DNA of 64,000 bases from Lytechinus pictus. Taxonomy: Eukaryota. The stretch covers positions 3,598,001 through 3,662,000 of the forward strand of contig NC_087246.1 of the NCBI RefSeq assembly GCF_037042905.1. Direction: 5' to 3'. Positions 13,834-25,885 of this stretch are shown here, one piece after another. Position numbers and translations under genes: made by a program. The notes beneath the pieces are model-generated. The model worked only from the letters and a program-made list of their open reading frames with translations, did not search any database and was not told the origin of the DNA. The number at the start of each line of letters is the position of its first letter. Position 1 is the first letter of the stretch.

Positions 13834-14646
13834 TTAAAGTTTATCAATATTTTGTGAAAACAGTTATATGCACATTGTCATGAATATTCATTAGGTGGGC
13901 TGAGGATGTCATATCCCCACTTTCCCTTTTCTTATGTTATTACATGAAATCATACATGTGTAAATGATGTGTCTCCATTATGATGAAATAAGTTGCGGCA
14001 ATAAATAACTAATGCACTTAATCAGTTGTCAATCCAATTGTTTTAATTCTTGGTAGAACAATTTTGAATAAACCTAATTTCATATAATAAAGTACAGAAG
14101 AACAACTGAATACTCATGAAGACATGCCTAGAACTGTTTCACCGGAATAATGCAAATCTTTAAAATTCAATAACTTTGTTATTTGTTATCAAATTTTGAT
14201 CAAATTTTCAGCATTTTGCTCTATGAATTTTACTCTATTAATTGATATCTCCAGCCTGGACCATCCCTGTAACCATTCAAGTTTGGTATCATCTAACAGT
14301 TTGGGATAGCTGCTTGTATAAAGTCACAAAATCAAAACTTCAAAGAGATTTGTTCTCTTATATTTTAAAAGGCTTTTTTTCCAACCTTCGCCAACATTTT
14401 TCTTTTTAAACCAACTTATCATCAGGGTGAAATTCATTTTAAGTTCAATACAACGGGCAATTTACATTGACAAGAAACAAGTACAAGTATTAAAACTAGC
14501 CAACAACAGAAAATATTGATCCAACCCACTGCTCACAACAAAAGACTGATGCTAATGCATTGTTTAAAATGTCACTCAACCAAACATGTAAAGCAGGTTG
14601 GACACTGCAGTAAACAGTAAGATTGAGAAAAATTATTTTTACTCAC

Positions 14647-14735
14647 CAAAATGCTCCATATCTGTACTCCATTGGTGTAACCAATCACTAAAAATAGGGG
14701 ACATTCTGGAGCCTCTTGTGAATGGTTCATGTTAT
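14647..14735 (-). CDS. BCAS3: BCAS3 coding exon 3 (NMNHSQEAPECPLFLVIGYTNGVQIWSIL)
   Basis: TTTGCAG acceptor, GTGAGT donor, 89 nt (phase 1 to 0). PLxLxIGYxxGxQIWSI motif. Confidence 0.92.
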
Positions 14736-15687
14736 CTGCAAAATAAAAGATATTATTGAAGACAAACTCTCAATATTGAGGGGGTGGTCTAAAAAAGGTG
14801 AACAATTTTAGAATAATGTGGAGTTATGTTACTACAGGCCTTAAATTTTGAAATTTTATAGGGCATGACCAATTTTCCACAGCAGGGTACATTAACTATA
14901 TTACAGCACTAATAAGAATAACTAACAAAAAAAGGGGGGGCACAACAAATCTCCAAGGCCAATGAGGAAGGTGTGATGCCAGTCAACAGAGCATCCACAC
15001 CCATGGCATTTGATGACCTTGGATAACAGTAATTCAAGCCCTCTTTTTAAAAAGAATGTACATCATTGCAACTAACTCGACATAAGAGTAAAGAAGTAGG
15101 CCTATGTGTAAATCATACATGCACATTTATAAACAGCCCACATCCACATCCCCCCCCCCCCCTCCGAAATGTATAGTGGCATTTTTTCAAATCAACAAAA
15201 CGGTATATATAGGTGTTATCATAACTGCTAAATACATTAACAACTAGAAATATCACTAGACCATTACCATGGCAATGCAGTTTCCAACAATTTGGAAAAT
15301 GAATCTTGCATGTCTTTGCCCAAAATGAATGTTTGTGTCAAATTACATGAGCAATGCTAAAAAAAAACTGAGAAAGTAGTTCAATCAGCAATGAGCTTTC
15401 CTTTGTTTTTGGCAACCAATTTTACCCAAAGACCAATGTTGGTGCCAACTTTCATGAGCACTGGCCAAAACTGGGGAGTAGTTTGATCTGCAATGAGTTT
15501 TCCTGGGTTTTTGGCCCTGACAGATTTCATATGATACTGGATGAAATCATACTTTGAATCTAAAATTGATATAAATACCCTTTTTCTCATACAAATTTAT
15601 TTAGAGAGAGGGGTTGTATTTAAAAAAGAGAGAAACATCTGGAACATCACAAAACAGGTCATGTATTTCCTAATTCTTTTAACTTAC

Positions 15688-15803
15688 CAGTGACGTCTGG
15701 CTTCTCAAACTTCACCCAAATGATCTTGTCATTCTCTACAGGGGCTGAGCCCGCATATGCATCGTGGAAGAAGTCCACCACAGACGCCATGTATGACTTA
15801 TCA
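15688..15803 (-). CDS. BCAS3: BCAS3 coding exon 2 (DKSYMASVVDFFHDAYAGSAPVENDKIIWVKFEKPDVT)
   Basis: AACAG acceptor, G|GTAAG donor, 116 nt (phase 2 to 1). SYMxSVVxF and KIIWVKFE are BCAS3-like motifs. Confidence 0.93.
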
Positions 15804-16679
15804 CTGTTAAAAATCAACAAAGAAACATACAGTAAGAGGGCTTCTTTGTGCATTGGGCTTACTGGAGTGGAGGGAGGGTATTTGAAATCAATTCTGACAC
15901 TTGATCTTAAAGGAAAGGTGAAAAATTAGAATTTCCATTGGATTTGCCATTATTATCATTTACTACAAAAACCTGATAGTTTACAAAAATATGGTACTTC
16001 ATTCACAAGATACCAGACTTTAAGCTTCCTTTTTTAATGCCACATCATTATGGTAGTAACATATGTAAAATAAGTACCCCGGTAGGTTAAATTTGGAGCA
16101 TTTTATTCTCTTTAATTTGATACCAAACTCATTTGGATAACATAACCATATGACAGAAATGCGTTGAACTTGGATTTTCCCCTCAAAACCATGACCATTT
16201 TTTGCTGTGTGAATGCGGTGAAAAGGGCAAAACTTTTAGCTCTGTGTGCAGTCACCCTATTGTCCGTATACTAGAGAGTCTAGAAGTATATTAAGTAGAT
16301 CTAGGCCTAGATTCTAGATCTAGCTTAGGCAGCTTAAGTTATGTTACAACTTCTAACGTTAAGTTGTAACTTACTCCCCCCATCCCCCAAGTTTGAATTA
16401 TGGCTAATATATATTAAGACTAAGCTTGTAACCGATTTTGCAATCGGCAACCGATTCCATTCGATTTCACCACAATCGGCAATCACTTGCCGATCTTCGA
16501 TCATGCCCCTTGAAGGAAAAAATCGAAAATAAAAAATCGGCGTAGATCTGGTTACAGTGCGTGATCGCTCAGAACATATTTCAAGATTGTTTTTGAGGTG
16601 CTAGCTATTTAGAGGTCGCATTATTCAGGGAGAAAGTCGCGGTATTATCTATGGCAATGTTTAAGGGGATAGATATCTT

Positions 16680-18699
16680 CTCTTCCAACTCATGGTGATA
16701 GCGGATGCCGCCGTGAACTTTGAAAGGTCGTATTACCGACGGAGCTCACTGCGTTACTCTCTTACATCGTTTATGATTATATACATTTTATTTTCAACCT
16801 CGTGGTGATAGCGGATGCCGCCGTGAACTTTGAAAGGTCGTATTACCGACGGAGCTCACTGCGCTACTCTCTTACCCCCTTTATAATGATATAAATCTTC
16901 TCTTCAACCTCGTGGTGATAGCGGACCCCGCCATTAACTTTTAAAGACTGTACTATTGACGGAGCTTATTGCGTTGCTCTCTTACATCGTTTATGATGAT
17001 ATTCATTTTATTTTCAACCTCGTGGTGATAGCGGAAGCCGCCGTGAACTTTGAAAGGTCGTATTACCGACGAAGCTCACTGCGCTACTCTCTTACATCGT
17101 TTATAATGATATAAATCTTCTCTTCAACCTCGTGGTGATAGCGGACCCCGCCAGAAACATTTAAAGACTGTACTATTGACGGAGCTTATTGCGTTACTCT
17201 CTTACATCATTTATGATGATATTGATTTTTTATTTTCAACCTCGTGGTGATAGCGGAAGCCGCCGTGAACTTTGAAAGGTCGTATTACCGACGGAGCTCA
17301 CTGCGCTACTCTCTTACATCGTTTATAATGATATAAATCTTCTCTTCAACCTCGTGGTGATAGCGGACCCCGCCAGAAACTTTTAAAGACTGTACTATTG
17401 ACGGAGCTTATTGCGTTACTCTCTTACATCGTTTATGATATACATTTTATTTTCAACCTCGTGGTGATAGCGGATGCCGCCGTGAACTTTGAAAGGTCGT
17501 ACTATTGACGGAGCTCATTGCGTTACTCTCTTACATCGTTTATGATGATTTACATTTTATTTTCAACCTCGTGGTGATAGCGGAAGCCGCCGTGAACTTT
17601 GAAAGGTCTTATTACCGACGGAGCTCACTGCGCTACTCTCTTACATCGTTTATAATGATATAAATCTTCTCTTCAACCTCGTGGTGATAGCGGACCCCGC
17701 CAGAAACTTTTAAAGACTGTACTATTGACGGAGCTTATTGCGTTACTCTCTTACATCATTTATGATGATATTCATTTTATTTTCAACCTCGTGGTGATAG
17801 CGGAAGCCGCCGTGAACTTTGAAAGGTCGTATTACCGACGGAGCTCACTGCGCTACTCTCTTACATCGTTTATAATGATATAAATCTTCTCTTCAACCTC
17901 GTGGTGATAGCGGACCCCGCCAGAAACTTTTAAAGACTGTACTATTGACGGAGCTTATTGCGTTACTCTCTTACATCGTTTATGATGATATACATTTTAT
18001 TTTCAACCTCGTGGTGATAGCGGATGCCGCCGTGAACTTTGAAAGGTCGTACTATTGACGGAGCTCATTGCGTTACTCTCTTACATCGTTTATGATGATT
18101 TACATTTTATTTTCAACCTCGTGGTGATAGCGGAAGCCGCCGTGAACTTTGAAAGGTCGTATTACCGACAGAGCTCACTGCGCTACTCTCTTACATCGTT
18201 TATAATGATATAAATCTTCTCTTCAACCTCGTGGTGATAGCGGACCCCGCCAGAAACTTTTAAAGACTGTACTATTGACGGAGCTTATTGCGTTACTCTC
18301 TTACATCATTTATGATGATATTCATTTTATTTTCAACCTCGTGGTGATAGCGGAAGCCGCCGTGAACTTTGAAAGGTCGTATTACCGACGGAGCTCACTG
18401 CGCTACTCTCTTACATCGTTTATAATGATATAAATCTTCTCTTCAACCTCGTGGTGATAGCGGACCCCGCCAGAAACTTTTAAAGACTGTACTATTGACG
18501 GAGCTTATTGCGTTACTCTCTTACATCGTTTATGATGATTTACATTTTATTTTCAACCTCGTGGTGATAGCGGATGCCGCCGTGAACTTTGAAAGGTCGT
18601 ATTACCGATGGAGCTCACTGCGCTACTCTCTTACCTCCCTTATAATGATATAAATCTTCTCTTCAACCTCGTGGTGATAGCGGACCCCGCCGTGAACTT
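16680..18699. repeat. 110-bp tandem satellite, ~18.3 units, with A/B dimer and 550-bp higher-order repeat
   Basis: C(G/A)TGGTGATAGCGG recurs at 16691, 16801, 16911, 17021, 17131, 17243, 17353, 17460 and every 110 bp to 18670. Confidence 0.97.
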
Positions 18700-19250
18700 C
18701 AAATTGATTTGAAAACGCTAGCTACCCAAAACATTTTAATAACATATTTCAAATCATCGTGCGTGCTTGCGTCGTCTACTTCATTTTAATTGCACTTGCG
18801 ACTTTAAGATGATGCGTCGTAAGAGATCATTCCAATAATTCTAAATCGCTAGCACCTAAAAATACTTCTGAAAGATGTCCCGCCGATCGTTCATTAACCT
18901 GTGATCTATGAGAAATATTTTCATTTTATTTTCCTTTGCGCCTTTGCTCGGAAGATGCGTCTTTCGTTTATCTTTCTAATAAAAATCACTCGGTTTATTT
19001 TAAAGCAATAACACCTCAAAACCCCTGGCTTTAAAACATGTTCCAAACGATCGCGCATGTTGGCGACTTCCATTCCAATGCATTCGTCTTTGTGACTTTG
19101 TCAGGAAGATGCGCGCGACCGCGAACAACATTTTGATGTATTCCTTTGTTTTTAAACATCGCCGATTCGATTTTCGATTCGATTTCGATTTTAGAAGCTT
19201 AACTGCCGATCCGATTTTCGATCTGATTTTTGATCCGATTTACAACATTA

Positions 19251-20733
19251 AGACCAAAAGCTTCGTACTCTGTTTTATTGGTTGTTTCGCTGAACTCTGT
19301 TGGCTCCACTCACCAATTACAGAGACCGAAGTTGTAACTCGATCTGTACAGGGACTCAATGGCCATATATTTATGTATTAAGCTCGGATAAACCAGGGAA
19401 GTGAAGTTGCGCGACAGCTGAAGTAAGTCACTGATTTTTGTCCTGTTAAGTTTATTTTTTCCCGTTTTGGTGCATTTCAGGTCAAAACGGAATAATCTTT
19501 ATTTTGGTCCAGTTCTCATATATTTTAATGAAATAAAGACAAAAATACATGTAGGTGAGCCTCGTCGGGGGGATTTTGCATTTTTAACCCCCTAATGGCG
19601 GCTGCACGATCGCGAGCCATCTGTGTACGAGGAAAAATTTAAAAAAATGTTAAAAAACTCCTCGAACATATCGAAGGACGAAGCAGACGGCTGCCAGCTG
19701 TATAATCTAATTATGCCAGGGCTAGCCAGGAGGCTTCTAGAGAGTAAAAATCATTTACTAACGTATGCTTACCCTCCACGAAGCCAGGAATTCCTTGCTA
19801 TTCATCTGCACGTACCGACCAAAAACCTGAAACTTTCGCCCCCGAGCTTTCTACTTTCCTTCTAAAAAAAGATCTAGCCCTAAATCATGTAAATGGGATA
19901 TAACTTAATTTCCGACATTTCTACGTGTCCGTAACATTGGGGAAGAACAATATTCAATAAGAAACAAGATGGCGGCGTAAACATTGGGCAAGTCTCTTCC
20001 GTCTTTTCATATTTTTCTCATTTTTTTGATGAATTCTTGTTTAAAATGAAATCGATAGCGTAGAAATGTCAAAAATGAAGTTATATCCCATTTACATGAT
20101 TTAGGGCTAGATCTTTTAGAAGAAAAGTAGAAATGACTAGGGGGCAAAAGTTTCAGGTTTTTGGGCGGTACGTGCAGATGAATAGGAAGGAATTCCTGGC
20201 TTTGTGGAGAGTAAGCATTTAGTACTCTCGAACTCGAAGACTCTAACATTAGAAGCCTCCTGGACCTGGCTAGCCAGGCCCTAGACAGCTGGCAGCCGTC
20301 TGTTTTGAAGAGTTTTTCAACATTTTTTTTTTTTTAAATTTCTCCTCGTACACAGACGGCTCGCTGTCGTGCAGCCACCATTAGGGGGTGAACAATGCAA
20401 AATCCCCCCGACGGGGCACATCGATTTTTGTCTTTATTTCATAAAAATATTGAAAAAGAATTGAACCAAAATAGAGATTATTATTTTGTTTCGGCCTGAA
20501 ATGCACCAAATCGGGGAAAAAATAAACTTAATAAAAGGGGAAAAACAGTCTTCAGCTGTCGCGCAACTTCACTTCCCCGTTTTATCCGAGCTTGAATACA
20601 TAAACATGTGGCCATTGAGTCCCCTGTACAGATCGCGCTAGAACTTCGGTCTCTGTATTTGGTGAGTGGAGCCAACGTAGTTCAGTGGAACAACCAACAT
20701 AACAGAGACCGACATGACCGAAGCTTTTGGTCT
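19251..20733. mobile_element. ~1.5-kb foldback element (two ~675-bp imperfect inverted arms, ~130-bp spacer)
   Basis: AGACCAAAAGCTTCG...GACATTTCTACG (19251-19925) versus CGTAGAAATGTC...CGAAGCTTTTGGTCT (20059-20733). Partial copies at 22357-22803 and 61247-61570. Confidence 0.85.
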
Positions 20734-22356
20734 AGCCTAATCCAGGGAGCTCCCACCCGCGCAGCGGGCGGGAGCCCAGGGGCTTACCGTGTATTTTACC
20801 ATACTCACGGGACTAGGGTAATTTATGGTCTAAATATTTTTCCAAATGAATTGTGAAAACAGAAATTATGCACTTACCACGATTATATGGATGAAGGTCT
20901 AACGAGTGGCAGTTTCCTGACATCTGGGCACAGACTGGAACCTCAAAAAACGAAAAGTTCTCTCCTTCTACCCCCGTCTCGATCTGCCATTTTTGTTATG
21001 AATTGTAACATTGTCCCTGGGTTAGGTCTAGCCAGGCCCAGCCTACCTCAGGCGATGTTCGTGCAGGCTCCACTCCACTTCACGTGACGTATTATTCACG
21101 GCCGATTTCAAAACATCGCATGCGATCGCGATCGATCAGCGACCCGATCGCATGCGATGTTTTGAAATCGGCCGTGAATAATACGTGTGAGGAAAAAGAT
21201 ACTAGCCCAAAATCACAAATTTTTAGGATAACCGGAGGATGGACACGGAGTGAAATACGGGTGTAAAGTAAGATATTAAGTCATTCATATCCCTCTTAAT
21301 ATTTTTTTTCTTTAATTTTTACGATAACCATGATTGCCATCCCACCTTTTATGACTCGGAATATCCGATCTAGTTCACTGTCCCGATGTTCGGGTAGGTG
21401 GAGCGTAGTGTAGCGGTAGTGAAGTGGAGTGGAGCCTGCACGAACATCGCCTGAGGTAGGCCCAGCCCACTCTAGGCGACACCCCAATACTTACCCGTGC
21501 TAATAAACTGGGACTCCACTCACGCGCATTTGGGCCGCCCTAGCTTAGAACTAAGCAATATTATCTAGAAATTGTTACATTTTAGTCATTAAATATGTTC
21601 TATTAAATAAATTGATAATGTTTAATCGGTACTCACCGGTTCTTTTGTTGCATTTTCAGACCATTTCTCACAATTCTTCGTAAATATTTGCGGCAAATTT
21701 TGTCGCCATAGACAGCTTAGCATCCATCTTTATTGATAAATGGAGCGCCCTTTACGATAGTTGTTAATGCCGCGGAGAAATCGTTAGGCATTTTGGCCTG
21801 TGTTCAAGGCGTTCTTTCTGTTTTATTTTTTATATTGAAGATTGTGCATTTGTTGAATAGCGCCGTCTACGTCAGGTATGAGATCGAGTGTATAAATAAA
21901 CTCTTCCAAAATAATTATGATTCCGACCTGGCGCTGTTTAACTTCAATCTCTTTCACCTAAATTAGCGATGAATGCTAGCATTATAAAATATATATTATT
22001 AACGTCTGACAAAAAGAATAACCAACCGATCAGCTGACGAGAACGCGAATCACGTGATCTTCATATCAGCTTCGATCGCAAGTCAGAAGAGAAGAGCAGC
22101 TGCCCAGAAAATCAGGAAAAAGCCGTGAAAATGTAAGTTCCCCTTCATTTCTTTCATTTTTTGTTGTTGCTAACGATGCATTTACACTATAAAATTATAA
22201 TTTAAATAAGAGAAAGGAATATACTATAGCTTGTACTTGTGATATAATATATAAATATCCTGTTCTCAGAGATTTCTAACCAAAAATACTACTGATGTCG
22301 CCTATGAGGTCCATACATGTAATGTTGGACCTCATTCATTGGTACTAGGAGTGGCC

Positions 22357-22803
22357 TAGACAGCTGGCAGCCGTCTGTTTCGAGGAGTTTTTTAACATTT
22401 TTTTATTTTTTTAATTTCTCCTCATACACAGACGGCTCGCTATCGTGCAGCCACCATTAGGGGACTTACAATGCAAAATCCCCCCATCGGGGCTCTTCAA
22501 TATTTGTCTTTAATGAATCAAACTTTTGAAAATTAACGCGACCGAAATGCAAATTAATATTCCCTCTTGGCATTAATTGCCAAAAAACGGGGAAAATCAA
22601 GTTAAAAGGAACAAAAACAGTGACTTACCTCGGCTGTCGCGCAACTTCACTGCCCTGTTTTATCCGAACTTAATACACATAAACATATGGCCATTGAGTC
22701 CCCTGTACAGATCGCGCTAGAACTTCGGTCTCTGTATTTGGTGAGTGAAGCCAACGGAGTTCAGCTGAACAACCAACATAACAGAGACCGAAGCTTTTGG
22801 TCT
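22357..22803. repeat. Extra copy of the outer ~450 bp of the foldback arm
   Basis: Direct repeat of 20282-20733. The ORF track shows the duplicated MAIESPVQIALELRSLYLVS translation. Confidence 0.85.
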
Positions 22804-22845
22804 AGGAGTGTCCCAGCCCAGGTTCTCGACGTTTTGTTCACAAAC

Positions 22846-22913
22846 CTGACAGGCTGTGGCCTCACTGTCTTTCCTCCACGCGGAACTCGTCTTGCACCTT
22901 CGGCGTACGACAT
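22846..22913 (-). CDS. BCAS3: BCAS3 coding exon 1 (MSYAEGARRVPRGGKTVRPQPV-S)
   Basis: ATG at 22913-22911 in AAAATGT context. 68 nt ending AG|GTTTGT (phase 2), which joins the T of the next exon to give Ser. VRPQPV-SDKSYM parallels the BCAS3 N-terminal VRPQAV-TEQSYM as I recall it. Confidence 0.85.
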
Positions 22914-23619
22914 TTTGTTGACTGTATTCGAGCCCGAGCCCAGCCCCAGGACCAGCTGCTATCCCTGACCCTCGACTTGTCCGACTCCTATTCGGCCTTC
23001 GGTTTGTTGTTGTTTGGGCTCAGCTCAGCTGTTTTCCGCTGTGCAGTGCAAGATCACGAACAACTCAACGCGCCGTGAATCAGGCAGGGATCGGCTCGAC
23101 CGACTGTTGAAATTCGACGTGCAGACGCCTTGTTTGCAGCCACTTGAGACTTGAAAACTGGGTATAGCATTCTTTGCAACCTCTCTCATCTAACCATACT
23201 TCTCATTTTTCTATTTCCGAACAAGAAAACCAGCTCAGTGAAGAAAAATTAGGATCTTGTAGGCAGAGAAGGAATGACGTTATGAGCTCCTTGTTGTCGT
23301 CTGTATGTAAATTAGATCATTATGCAAAAGTTCAACAGTAGAGGGCGAGTTATTATCGGATGATCTAGTGTCCCTGTATATACAGGGACACTAGGATGAT
23401 CTATTTATTTGGTCTAAAAAGTTCGTGCAATTATTCACTTGGTCTATTCCAATTCGTTTTATGACCCGTTAGGCTAAAGCCAAGCCCCTCTCGGTCTCGC
23501 ACAATATGTTTGCAACGTGAAAACCCTTCGCCACGATGTTTTGTGACTTTTTTCCCTCCAGTCTCCCACATCTTGGCTACATAAGGTATTCAATGATCTG
23601 CATTTTTTTTTCAAGAGTA

Positions 23620-23670
23620 TACTTTACTGTACTTTACTTTACTCTACTTTACTTTACTTTACTTTACTTA
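23620..23670. repeat. (TACTT)n microsatellite
   Basis: About ten near-perfect TACTT units. Confidence 0.85.
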
Positions 23671-25314
23671 ACTCCAACGATGATGTTGTTATATTTTCTA
23701 GGGACACCACAGAGGGTTTCTACACCAAACATAATTCACATTATCGGAGCTCTCTGTAGGGAGTTAAAACAGCGAAAAGATATGTCTCACAAGGCGCACA
23801 AATTAGCATAAAAAGTTTAATTGAAAAAAATCATTATTATACAATTTCTAGACAAGGTCGGGGACAACATGCTTGCCCATCTACGACACGGTCGACGCCA
23901 GAGATCTCAAGGGGCCATTATGATGTCCCAAACAAAATAGTCTAGTCCAGTTTTTAGTTAATGACATTTTGCAGAAATTTGTTAATATACAGTGCGTACA
24001 ACAAAAAAATTATCAATAATCCTGTAAAATAATATATTTTTGTAATATCCTTAAGTTTTTTTCTGATAATATTTAACCATTGGTAAAGATCTCTTTAAGC
24101 AAATGACAATATAGCTGTCGAAAAATCTTTTCGAAGTTGAGTGAGCAAAACTTACTTTTGAAAATTTTGTGAAAAATTATTTGCGGAGAACTTGGAAATA
24201 GTTATATGAATAAAAGTAGACGTTAATCATGAAGAACACATGCATGGCCTAAGCTAGGAAGATTGATTTCAAAATATCTTTGACCTTTTTATTCTGTTTC
24301 CTTTTTAAGCTTGATTTTCCTTCTGTTAATTATTGTCATATGATAAAAACAGTAAAAAAATGCTGTAGATGTCTGAAATAAACTTTTGTTTATTATTATA
24401 TGTCCTCAGATCCAGCTGGAACAAAAAAAAAAGGTAAATGCTGTGCTTACCTAGGGTTAAAATGCTATTTTGGGTGGCAGTGTTGTTACGAAAATGTTTA
24501 ATGTATCTGTTTTATTTCAACTGGCTAAAAATGCAAAAGAAATATATAAGAAATGTTCCGCACCGGTCAGTTTGTTTTCGCCCTTTTTTTTGACAAAGCG
24601 TGAAAATGAGAATTGTGAACATGGGACATATTCTCCGTAGGATAGTATAGAAATAATGCCAGCGCGAAGCGCGTCCTGAATGTTTTGGATATACTGACCT
24701 AAAAGGGATATTTGCAGAAACAAATGAACACGACATAAATTGTATCTCTCTTAACAAAATAATGCAAGAGCGAGGCGTTGATATTTTGTTGTCTCTGAAA
24801 GCAATAAGCACTTTTATCGGAAGCATTCAAGGGGATTTCACCCTGACGAAAAGGGTGTAGAAACTATTGGTGAAGGTTTGAGAAAAATCCTTTGAAGATT
24901 AGGAGAGTTATTACAATTTCAAGTTTTTGATTTGTGACGTCATAAATGAGCATAATATGATAAACTGCCAATTGCATAAATTTCATTTTATAATAGTTCG
25001 TGATGACTAATTTTTCATTTTCTTATTTAGGAGCAGGTGTGAATTGTTTTGTGTATTGAATTACTAAAGGTACAGTAAAAACTATTTTCAATTTTCTGAG
25101 AAAATTTCATTGATTTTTTTATCATACGATACGATATGTAAAAAAGCTGCTCGCATATGACGTAAAAATCAAAATCAATTTTTTTATAATCCTATTAACG
25201 TTTTGCCATGCAGGGTGAACTTCCCAAATAACATATGAATACAAGATATTTTGTTAAAGCAGAGGTGTAGGGTGGCTTTTATTTCAAATTTCTTAACATA
25301 TAGTTTTATTTATG

Positions 25315-25828
25315 CGAGGGAGCGTAGCGACTTTAAACAGTGAAAATTATAACTTTAAACATATAGGGACAAAATTTAGTGATAGCTGGAGGGACGCGTA
25401 GCTATAGGCCTTTTCCAGTGAGGATGGGGTGTGAGGGCCCCTGAGTACCGATCATCATTAGGCCTTGTTAGTTCTTTTGCAGGTCTATGTAAATTTATAA
25501 CATATATATATTTATTTATTTAGGAGTTTACAATGTGGTATCAGATCAATCAGAGAGCGCATCCTCAGACAGATGTTGATGTCTGAGGATGCGCTCTCTG
25601 ATTGATCTGATACCACATTGTAAACTCTTGAAGAATTAAGACGGAGGCCCATCGAAAATTCGAGTGAATAATAAAAACTTTATTGGCAATAAAAGCATTA
25701 TCATCAGCATTATATAGGCCTAATGATGATCGGTACTCAAGGGCCTCCACGCCCCCATCCTCACTGGACTCGCCATCACCAAGTTTAAAGATAGAATTTT
25801 CACTGTTCATAGTCGCTACGCTCCCTCG
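25315..25828. repeat. Inverted-repeat element with central perfect 48-bp hairpin
   Basis: GAGGGAGCGTAGCGACT / AGTCGCTACGCTCCCTC and GTACCGATCATCATTAGGCCT / AGGCCTAATGATGATCGGTAC arms. Hairpin at 25524-25627. Confidence 0.8.
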
Positions 25829-25885
25829 ATTACAACGCTCGCATAATCATTAAAAAACCCTGTTCATACCTTCCTATGACCAGGA

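Noticed and set aside
16680..18699. CRISPR-like array
   Set aside because: There are no unique spacers: whole 110-bp units repeat. Context is a eukaryotic intron with no cas genes.
20878..20990. Candidate main BCAS3 start exon (MADRDGGRRR...)
   Set aside because: Stops after 15 codons, and the phase-2 frame also has a stop. The exon at 22846-22913 fits both phase and homology.
20608..22968. Duplicated MAIESPVQIALELRSLYLVS ORFs as paralogous genes
   Set aside because: Both lie in copies of the foldback arm and diverge where the repeat ends.
23336..23348. CTCF-like motif (CAGTAGAGGGCG; similar at 30573 and 33422)
   Set aside because: Only partial matches; not distinguishable from chance by eye.
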